Source of the DNA: Candidatus Aenigmatarchaeota archaeon
Lineage (GTDB): Archaea; Aenigmatarchaeota; Aenigmatarchaeia; QMZP01; QMZT01
Assembly (NCBI GenBank): GCA_041489155.1
Contig: JBGPQP010000002.1
Span: 37,262 to 101,261 of the forward strand
Length of the DNA: 64,000 nt
Reading direction: 5' to 3'
The position numbers were made by a program, and so were the translations under genes. Of this stretch, positions 55,701 to 63,100 are shown in pieces (positions within the stretch are counted from its first letter, which is position 1; the number at the start of each line of letters is the position of its first letter). The notes under the pieces were generated by a model. That model had not been told where the DNA came from, made no database searches, and saw only the letters and a program-made list of their open reading frames with translations.

Positions 55701-56334
55701 TCGCTTTCTTTATGTCCACCTTTTCCATTTCGTTGCGCAAGGCGTTCGCTTGGCGCTCAAATTCCTTCTTGAAGTTGTCTATCGAATTCCCTACGCCTAT
55801 TTTCAGGACGCTGAACTGGTCCTCAATCTTCCTGACGTCCTCGCCGAATTTCGCCTTTATCTCCTCTACCTTCTCGGCGAGCTCTTCGGAGCCGAACGTC
55901 TGGACGGTGGAGATGCGCTTTGCCATGTCTGCGACGGCCTTCTTGAATTCGCCCATGGTCGCCATCATGGCTGCCTGCTTCTCGCTGTTCTTGACCATCT
56001 CGTTCTTGAAATTACCGACTATGACGTTGAAATCATCAACTTTTTTGAGGGCGGAATTTATTGAAACGTCGTATTCCTTTATCTTATGCAACCTCACCTC
56101 GAACTCGTCGAGCTTCGCCCTTACAGGCTTTATGTTCTGGTCGACGAAGTCAATAAGACGCCTCCCTGACTCCTCGTAAAGGATGCCTGCCTGCTTGAGC
56201 TTCTCGATGAGGTACCTGTTCCTCTCTTCAAGATAATTCTTCTCGTTCTCGAGTTCCGTAAGAAGGCGCTTCTTCTCTTGGTTATCCTTCTTGAGATTCC
56301 TCAGGCCTTCCTCGAGTTCCTTGAGTTCGGTCAT
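52729..56334 (-). CDS. giant coiled-coil protein (1201 aa) with internal tandem repeats
   Basis: Continuous helical, K/E/D/L-rich sequence with no Walker A (so not SMC/Rad50). A 142-aa tandem duplication and a thrice-repeated module ..LKEF(I/M)A(V/E)KG.(I/V)DEK... TAATG overlap with the upstream gene. Confidence 0.65.
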   Translation of the reverse strand: MTELKELEEGLRNLKKDNQEKKRLLTELENEKNYLEERNRYLIEKLKQAGILYEESGRRLIDFVDQNIKPVRAKLDEFEVRLHKIKEYDVSINSALKKVDDFNVIVGNFKNEMVKNSEKQAAMMATMGEFKKAVADMAKRISTVQTFGSEELAEKVEEIKAKFGEDVRKIEDQFSVLKIGVGNSIDNFKKEFERQANALRNEMEKVDIKKAKELGEALAHVTEELDKTKVDFSKAIASMEGIVERLDVKKTKEMNQALETLSANLEDKFSSLAADVDKKVIVAEEHLNRFRVELEKTLSKAKVDTRDFVATKSKEFDTLLAELKEKMNAQLQASASEWDKKLGSLRTEIVALKSDVEKLIATINRKVEIGEERREKRIDSEMARLNSALNKKLENTTDDIYAHVAEVSGDVEELKANLGKKIMDAESELTRFRVELEKTLGKAKVDTRDFMVSKSKEFDAVLAGMKDKVDKQVLDSANVWDKNLGSLRTDLITTKEEVEKLVATINRKVEAGEERREKKLDASLTRINASLGKRLEAEAEKLYEQITGINEDIDGLKANLAKSIDMLNRSAETGETKRKAEISGIIKEFMAVKGQVDEKINEVSAELEKFSHASETLRKQITKESLAGVQEKLKMIIDELEKKFEVVEDSMVDKISAMESDVDDLNASFQGITASIKADIEKKMETLRKEFEKRDLAMDKNADLLSKTLQKDIDGRFSALAANTSTQIKQIAAETTSLRKEVDSFTVNLSQKFDSIIKEKSRDFETMVSAVSADAKAKEREINIAISDFKKEIQKTEVQKRTEVDKTLKEFIAEKGKIDEKLKQIDIKIAELSEMRKELKKEIYKESLSGVNERVKDIVEGIGERFENARDDTDTKINELMKTVDMRVREVEANLSQFKVELGKTIGKLTSDVDKATGKKTGEVDKVVEKLKADVEQRVKATISDISDNLDMIKSDLSFAKAEFEKRLSSIKKDFDTSEARRLEKTEKAKKDTDALIESLKVKFQAGERERWIETNKSLKELMAVKGEIGRRLNDLDGETKKFYDIKDSIKNEVMKESTSLIDNKLLAFSKDKKGDISETKKSLRTEVVELQMVLEKLSEKIERLGGKIEAVRDDVYTVKKARTLVIENVKSINRAVEDNVDLKLRDFMKDLEKRMKTQESVLNIRIGETEKKIDSVAESITKTKKEKEEELEELLRHVES
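54637..55488 (-). repeat. in-frame tandem duplication, 2 x 426 bp (142 aa) inside the 1201-aa gene
   Basis: Residues ~283-424 and ~425-566 align (..RFRVELEKTL(S/G)KAKVDTRDF.. / ..ATINRKVE(I/A)GEERREK..). DNA strings such as CTCGACCTTCCTGTTTATGGTCGCTA recur at 54805 and 55231. Confidence 0.8.
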
Positions 56335-58247
56335 TAACTCTTCAACTCTTTAAGAAGTATATTTATTTTGTCCCTCTGCCTGTGGGACTCTTCCTCGAAT
56401 TTCCTTTTGTCAGCAAGTGTCTGTTTTACAATAGTGTCAAATTCCTTTGACACCTCGTTCAGCCTGCTCTCCAACACCAGGAACCTCTTTTCGCTCTCCT
56501 TGTTTCTCAGCTCGTTGGCCTTGACCCATTCCCACACGGAAGCGATAGATTTCTCGACTTCGGCGATTTCCTTCAGCGATTCCCTCATCTGGGTCTGGCC
56601 TTCCTTGAGCTTCTCGGTTCTCGTGTCAAGCTTGGATATGTCGTTTTTCAGAAGATTGAGCGTCGGGTTGACGACGTTCTGGAACTGGACGAATTCGGCT
56701 TCGGAATCCTCCAGCCTGCCGCTGACGTCTTTAGTGAACTTCGCGACATCGGCCCTTATGTTCTTAAGGTCCGGACCGGCGATGTCTGTGAAAAGGCCTT
56801 TCGCCTTCTCCTCGAGCTCGTTCTGGAATTCGGCCTGGTTAACCTTGATTTTCTCTGTTCTAGTGCCCATCTTCTCAAGCTCTTCTTTTATCATGGAAAG
56901 CGTCGGGTTGACGACGTTCTGGAACTGGACGAACTTGGAAACCATGTCGTTGACCTTCGCCCTTGCCACGGCGAGGTTCTTCTCCGTCCTGTCCTCCAGC
57001 TCGAGGAACTTCGACTCTGTCATGTCGTCGAAGAACTCCTTTGTTTTGGTCTCTATCTTGCCGGTGAAGGCCTTGTCGAACTTCAGTATCTGGTCGTTAA
57101 GCAGATCGGTCCTCTTCTTGAGAAGCGCCTCGAGCCTGTTGGCCATTGCGATGAGATTCGCTTCCTTCTCCTTTATCCTGTCGTATATCTTGTCCTTCTC
57201 CGTCTGCAGGTCGGAGATGTAATCCCCCATCTTGTAAAGCGTCTTTATCTCGCCCTTGAAGTAGTTCACCTCGTTGAAAAGCGTTTTTATGTTTTCGCTC
57301 AGTTTCTCCACGTCGCTTCTGACGCCTTTTATGTCGTTGAAGACGGGCGTCATCTCCTTGCCCATCTTCTTCTCTATTTCGTTGGGTATTATCTCGCCGG
57401 TTATCTCGTCGGCTGAAAATATGAACTTCTTGAGCTTCTCGACGTTGCCCGGGCTCATGCGCTCTATGAGGCCTTCAAGCTTTTCCTCGAAAGTCGGGAA
57501 GCGTTCAAGAATTTTTATCTGCTCCTTTATCCTCGTGATTCTAGTGTCCATTTCATCCTTTAGCTCGCGGATGCTCTTCTCCTGGTCCTTCAGCGAGCTC
57601 TTTATCTCGAGCATGTCGTTTTTAATGTCCACCCGGCCGCCGAAGACGGCTAGGCCTTTCGAAACCTCCTCCTCCTTCCTCGGCTGCTCCATGCGCTCGA
57701 CCATCTTCCTTATCTCTTCCTGCAGGTCGGCAATCTTCTTCGAGGTGTCCGCCTGGACCTGGTCCACCATGTCACGCAGCTTGCTACTCGCCTTTTCCGG
57801 CTTCTCGGCTTTGGCGACCTCCTCTATCTTGGTGCTCATGGCTGTGAGCGCTGCCTGGACATTCTTCATCTGCGATTGCATCTGTTCGCCCATCTTGCTC
57901 TCCGCGGCCCTGACCCTGGAATCAACATCAACAGAACGTGCTTCCTTCTCCTGTTCGTTCGCTTCGCTTTCATCGCCAGAAGTGGATACCTTCTCTATTA
58001 TTTCGGCGAGGCTCTTGGATTTTTCCCGTTCCCTCTCCAGCTCATCCTTGAGGGATTCGACGTCCCCTTCAGAAGCCTTGGCCTTTTTCTTTGCCTTCCC
58101 TTCTTCGCCCTTTTCCTTTTCTTCCGGTTTCGTGGCATCAAAATTCTCTATGTCTTTTATCATGTCTTCGGTCGACTCCTCAGCTTCGTCGACGCCCTTG
58201 CCGAGATCGCCCATTTTCTCAAATTCGCCTTTTTTCTTCGCCATCAA
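56334..58247 (-). CDS. coiled-coil protein (637 aa) with acidic/basic low-complexity N-terminus
   Basis: K/E-rich leader, then a long helical region. Internal 80-aa repeat marked by FVQFQNVVNPTL (twice). Confidence 0.65.
   Translation of the reverse strand: MMAKKKGEFEKMGDLGKGVDEAEESTEDMIKDIENFDATKPEEKEKGEEGKAKKKAKASEGDVESLKDELEREREKSKSLAEIIEKVSTSGDESEANEQEKEARSVDVDSRVRAAESKMGEQMQSQMKNVQAALTAMSTKIEEVAKAEKPEKASSKLRDMVDQVQADTSKKIADLQEEIRKMVERMEQPRKEEEVSKGLAVFGGRVDIKNDMLEIKSSLKDQEKSIRELKDEMDTRITRIKEQIKILERFPTFEEKLEGLIERMSPGNVEKLKKFIFSADEITGEIIPNEIEKKMGKEMTPVFNDIKGVRSDVEKLSENIKTLFNEVNYFKGEIKTLYKMGDYISDLQTEKDKIYDRIKEKEANLIAMANRLEALLKKRTDLLNDQILKFDKAFTGKIETKTKEFFDDMTESKFLELEDRTEKNLAVARAKVNDMVSKFVQFQNVVNPTLSMIKEELEKMGTRTEKIKVNQAEFQNELEEKAKGLFTDIAGPDLKNIRADVAKFTKDVSGRLEDSEAEFVQFQNVVNPTLNLLKNDISKLDTRTEKLKEGQTQMRESLKEIAEVEKSIASVWEWVKANELRNKESEKRFLVLESRLNEVSKEFDTIVKQTLADKRKFEEESHRQRDKINILLKELKS
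56598..56933 (-). repeat. in-frame 240-bp repeat pair with a 35-nt identical core
   Basis: AGCGTCGGGTTGACGACGTTCTGGAACTGGACGAA occurs identically at 56659-56693 and 56899-56933 (plus strand), while the flanking repeat sequence has diverged. Confidence 0.8.
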
Positions 58248-58259
58248 GACACCCCAACC

Positions 58260-58526
58260 CTAACCAAGTTCTTCAATAAGCTTTTCAACGACTTTCTCAT
58301 TCCTTTCTATCCGCTTTTCCAAGTCTGAAATTCTGCCGCCAATGTCCCTGAACCTCATCACGGTTTCTTTGCCTTTGTCCTCATCGAGATCCATCAAATC
58401 CATCTTAAGATTCCGAGGTATAAAATCGCTTTTACCCTTGCCCTCTGTATATTTTAATCTATATAACTTGTATAATAAAAAGCAAATCACCGCAAGCAGC
58501 GCTATTATCGCCAACTCGTACATCAT
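58260..58526 (-). CDS. small single-pass membrane protein with helical cytoplasmic tail (88 aa)
   Basis: MMYELAIIALLAVICFLLYKLY TM, then ..RISDLEKRIERNEKVVEKLIEEL. It lies 12 nt upstream of the 637-aa gene and 28 nt downstream of minD. Confidence 0.5.
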   Translation of the reverse strand: MMYELAIIALLAVICFLLYKLYRLKYTEGKGKSDFIPRNLKMDLMDLDEDKGKETVMRFRDIGGRISDLEKRIERNEKVVEKLIEELG

Positions 58527-58554
58527 ATAAATAATTTTGGCAGGACCCTATAAA

Positions 58555-59328
58555 TTACTTCTTAATCCCTAATAGTTTCATAAAGTTGGAAAGCAGGCTT
58601 TCGGGCTTCTTTTCCTCCTCGCCCAGAATCTTGGCAGCGAGCCTCAGGAACTCCCTGCTGGAGGGGGAATTCGGGGAGAAAAGCACGACAGGCATCTTGA
58701 GCGCAAGGCTGCGCAAAACGTTCTTGTCCATGGGTATGCTTGAAATGACGGATAGCTCTATGAGCTCCTCGACTTCTTTCGGCGTCAGCTCGTATTTCTC
58801 ATTGCCCACCATGTTGAGCACTACGCCCAGAGGCTTGACGCCCATTTCATTCGCCACCTGGTGGCATTTGATTATGTCCATCGTTGACGGGACGAAAGGC
58901 GTGTTTACGAATATGACCTCGTCCGACGCCCGCACTGTCGCCATCGCCTCCCTTCCAAGGCCGGGCGCGGCGTCAAGCAAAACGATGTCCGCCTTCCCGA
59001 AGAGTTTTTTAATCACGTTCTTCAGTCTCGCAATGTCGACGCCCTTCAGATCGCTGTAGGAAAGCGACGCCGGTATGACACGCAGGCCGCTTATGTGGTA
59101 CTGGTATATCGCGTCTTCTATCTTCGCCTCCCCTGTAAGGACCTGATTAAGCGTAACGGGCGTGTAATACATACCAAGGTAAAGACCCAGATGCGAAGTC
59201 GATACGTTGCAGTCGATGACTATGACTTCCTTTTTGAATTTCTGCGCCATGACAGAGCCGAGGTTAGCGACAAGCGTGGTTTTTCCGACGCCGCCCTTCC
59301 CCGAGATTATCCCTATTACCCTCGTCAT
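58555..59328 (-). CDS. minD: MinD/ParA-family ATPase (archaeal MinD-like)
   Basis: Deviant Walker A IISGKGGVGKTTLVANLG, Walker B VLLDAAPG, and a C-terminal amphipathic LLSNFMKLLGIKK resembling a membrane-targeting helix. Confidence 0.9.
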   Translation of the reverse strand: MTRVIGIISGKGGVGKTTLVANLGSVMAQKFKKEVIVIDCNVSTSHLGLYLGMYYTPVTLNQVLTGEAKIEDAIYQYHISGLRVIPASLSYSDLKGVDIARLKNVIKKLFGKADIVLLDAAPGLGREAMATVRASDEVIFVNTPFVPSTMDIIKCHQVANEMGVKPLGVVLNMVGNEKYELTPKEVEELIELSVISSIPMDKNVLRSLALKMPVVLFSPNSPSSREFLRLAAKILGEEEKKPESLLSNFMKLLGIKK

Positions 59329-59362
59329 ACCCTACCATATGTTGTTTTGGAGTTTTATATTT

Positions 59363-60034
59363 CTACCATTTAAGCGCGCAAAGTATCCTCGACAGCTCGT
59401 TTTCGTCCTTCACGAGCACTGGGAAATCTACCACGTTCCTCAGCTTCGAGTCCGCCATGCGCATGTAATTCAGCAAATCCCTCTCAGCCGAGAGGGAGAT
59501 CATGGTCGCTATCATGCGCAAAACAACGTCCGCTTCGTATTTCCTGCAGAATAGCCTGAGGTTCGAAAACAGGACGTAAAGGAAAACGTCCGCGAATATG
59601 TGCGGGCCGTATTTCCCGAGAACCTCCTTGTCGTTTTTGTAAAGTATTTTCAGGTTCTTTTTGTCGAATAGCACGGCATGGTATTTTTCCATGAATTTCT
59701 GCACCGCCGGCCATCTCGTGCGGAGCAGGAAATCAGGAACCCAGTTTTCCGCGGTTTCCTTGGCAAAATACCTCTCTCGTACGTAAGCGGGAATCCATGC
59801 GTACTCGGCTCTCAGGCGTTTGCCTTCTTTAGTTATGTAGTTTTCCCTTATCATGCAACGGAAGAGGGGACTTTTCAGGCCGACCTCGTTGTGATAAAGG
59901 TAGTTGGTCTTGACGTCCCACGTGGTCTGTATCTCAAAAAGCGAAATCCCTCTGTCGCCGCCAGCCGAGTTTATCCATATCAGCCAGAAGTTCTTGTAAT
60001 CCGTGATCTTCTCCTTGATGCGCATGGTTCTCAC
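59363..60034 (-). CDS. hypothetical protein (223 aa), first gene of the MinD/coiled-coil operon
   Basis: Clean ORF 34 nt upstream of minD. W/Y/F/R-rich globular sequence with no recognised motif. A TATA-like GTATATTTATATAA lies just upstream (60044-60057, minus strand). Confidence 0.5.
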   Translation of the reverse strand: MRTMRIKEKITDYKNFWLIWINSAGGDRGISLFEIQTTWDVKTNYLYHNEVGLKSPLFRCMIRENYITKEGKRLRAEYAWIPAYVRERYFAKETAENWVPDFLLRTRWPAVQKFMEKYHAVLFDKKNLKILYKNDKEVLGKYGPHIFADVFLYVLFSNLRLFCRKYEADVVLRMIATMISLSAERDLLNYMRMADSKLRNVVDFPVLVKDENELSRILCALKW

Positions 60035-60177
60035 TTATATAAATATACTATTCTGAAGGGGCATATAAAATACCACCCCCCGTCCTGGAACATTAACCGT
60101 TTGTTAAACCGAAGAAAAAAATTGTGGTAATTTTATATGAATATACTATTTATTCCATGAGAACCGACAGGCGCTTT

Positions 60178-63100
60178 CTATTTGACAGCGGACTTTATCT
60201 GCTCGATTTTCGCGAGCTTTTCCTCGTTCCTAGTTTTAAGGCTCATGTACGCGTTTTCTGTTATGAGGCCCTCTTTAAACTGCCTCTCGAGGAGATTAAG
60301 GACTCTTCTGATGTTCATTTCCTCCTTTTCAAGCGTCTCCCTTTCCTTCATCCTTTCGACGACGACAGTCGTCTTCATCGCGCCCTGGGCTCCGCCGGGG
60401 GCCTGTAGCCTGAAAATCCTGTCGAAAACGCCCCTCATCTTCCTGACTAAGACCAGCAATATCGCTATTACCACGACCAGAACGAGGAGTATCGCTATCA
60501 GCCACGGCGGGAAGATGGTTTCAATCAGTATCTGGACAAACGGCGCCTGGGAAAGGAGGTAAATCGCCTTTTCCAGCGCACTCCACCCAGAATGGACCTC
60601 GCTCAGCGAATCATCGTACATCTTTTTCTCCAGATAATCTTCAGCCAGCCTTATGTGCTCTTTTATCTGGTCGATGTAAGGCAGAACTTCCTTCGTGTCC
60701 TTGCCTGCCTTTTTGGCGTTTTCGACATCCACCTGGAATTCCTGGAATGCCTTCTTTAGCCTGTCTATCTCCCATCTTATGAGCTGGGCCCTGCTCGAGA
60801 AAACGGTGAGTGTAAAGCTCTTCTCATCCCTTGTGACATTCGCGTCCGCTATTATCTGGCCAATGTACTCCTTTGCTTCAGCGGTCGAGGGGATTTTAAG
60901 GGTTAGGGTGAAGATAGAACTGTTGCCTACGGCGAGTTCTGGTATGATTTTTGGCGAGATGTCCTGTATCCAAGGCGAAGGGATGCCTGTTACGCGAAGG
61001 ATTACGTTGTAAAGCTTCGAGCCGCCTGTGTTCTTGACTTCAACAGTCGGGTATTTAACCACGTCCATCTCCATTCCCAGCTCAGGAGAATATTTTATTA
61101 TCTCAATTTTTGCAGGCTGCGAGGGAGCGGCTCCTGCGCCTCCGGCTGCGCCGCCACCGCCTGGCGACGGCGGCTGGGGAGGAGCGCCGCCTTCAACGAC
61201 AAAAAATGTCCGTTCAGCTGTAGCCGGTTCTATGTTAGGATCATACGTTACCTTAACGTTCAGGGTATACTGACCAAGAGGTTGGAATGAGTATACGAAC
61301 AAACTTCTCAAAAGCGTCCTGTTAGCATGTGCATTCACTTGGATGGAAGCGTTGCCATAATCCCAAGTTTGGTTCGCTCCTGATATCCAGTATTCGACTT
61401 TAACATCCTGCTGGGATATATCGCCCCTGTTCTCGATTAGCATCTCGAAATCGAGATAATCATTTCTCGGGACTTCATTTTCTATCGATGTAACCTCAAC
61501 ATCGTAAGGGCCACCTTTTGCTATACTGAAAGAATATACCGTATCACTTGCATGTTTCCCGTGGCGTGTAACACTCAAGATAGCCCGATAAGTTCCGCTT
61601 GCTGTTGTATTTTCACTTAGTATTTCTGATGGATAACTATAGGAGCCAGGATATATTTCTGTGAAATCGCTTTTACTTAAATGTCCCCATGGGCGGGTAA
61701 CTTCCAGCCATCCGTATGGAGTTTGATATTCAATAGTGAGGTTTATCGAGTCTGGTTCAACCGATATGCCATGATCTTTAATCTCAACACCAATTTGCAT
61801 ACTTCGCGAAATATAAAAGTATTGACCTTCATCTATACCAATTTTGGCTTCTAGTTCACCGGCCTCTTCGACCTCAAACGTATAAGAACTTGTGTTATAG
61901 ATTATTGTGTTAACACTAGTTTCATAGTAAGACGAATTCGCCGAAAAGGTGTAATTTCCGAGTATGGCATTTGGTGGTATGTTGTAAAGACTGCCCGCAT
62001 CACCATTTGAATTTGTAACAAAATATTTGTCAACGTCATCTATCAAGTAATCAGCATTTCTTCCATATGGGTCTGTGAGTGTTAGATTGACATTAGCTCC
62101 ACCCAAAGGCGTGACAACGGCATCACGCGACTTTATCCATATTACTTTTCCAAGTTGTCCTTGATACGCATATTTGTCAGTATCCAAGTCGACGAACAGC
62201 TTGTAATATATGTAAAAGTAGCTGGTGTTGACGGTATTGTTCTTTCCCTGGTTATCCAGAGCAAAGACGGTAATGTTGTAATAGCCTTTATTGGTCGTGT
62301 TGCCCCACGCCACTCCTTGGTAAGGTTCGTCACTATAAACGTAATATCTGGCCCTCCATCTTGACGTGCCCCCTGTTTTCGACCCGCCGTAGAAAAACAT
62401 TACCATTGTGTCGTTCGAGCCGTCCGGCCTCCTGACCGTAACCGTGACGTTGCCGTCATTTACTCCTGCACCTCCCTGATCCGTAACATTCGCGTATACC
62501 CACACATATTCAGTCTGCTCAGTCATATTGGGCGAAATCTGGACAGATATACCGGGCTTAATGTAAGGATTTAGTATAACCTGTAGAATCACATAATCCG
62601 GGTTTGAGCCGCTCTCCACGGCGTTGATTGTGTAGTTGGCGTAATAGAATTTTATGGTCTGGTTAGTCACGTTGTAATAAATTGATAAAACCAGCGACTG
62701 CCCCTTGTTCAGAAGTAAGCCATTTACACTGGTCCACGTGTGATTGAACTGGCTTGATACATTAGCCACAGGCGTTATGGTGAAATTTATCTGGGTGTTG
62801 CCGGTGTTGTTTATGAACACGTCGCAGGCCGTCCCCTCTTCGGGTGATTCGACCTTTTCGCAGTAGGTTGTGTTGGTAGTCCATGTCCTGTTTGTCGGGA
62901 TTTCGATTGTGAGATTTATCTCTTTGTAGCCGTCATTCGATGTCGTTACGTTGAGTATGCCGGTGTAGATGCCGGGTGCCTGGCCATATGCAACGGAAAG
63001 GTTTATCTTGACGCCCTGCGGATATTCGCCGCCAAGGCTAGGGACGTTAGGAGGCATGATTTCGAAATAGAAGCTTGAGCTGAAGTTATAAACGGTGAAG

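Noticed and set aside
54637-56933. Direct repeats that could be mistaken for a CRISPR or other non-coding array
   Set aside because: The repeat periods (426 and 240 nt) are multiples of three and lie in frame within long ORFs. The repeats diverge the way protein repeats do, and there is no short-repeat/spacer architecture. No CRISPR array was seen anywhere in the window.
52741-58328. Many long plus-strand ORFs (for example 57274-58263 at 329 aa, 55382-56179 at 265 aa, 56368-57222 at 284 aa, 53855-54502 at 215 aa) opposite the coiled-coil genes
   Set aside because: They are S/F/L-rich mirror images of the K/E/L-rich minus-strand codons, since AAG/GAA/GAG read antisense give CTT/TTC/CTC. They have no motifs or sensible starts. 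The minus-strand ORFs are longer and translationally coupled.
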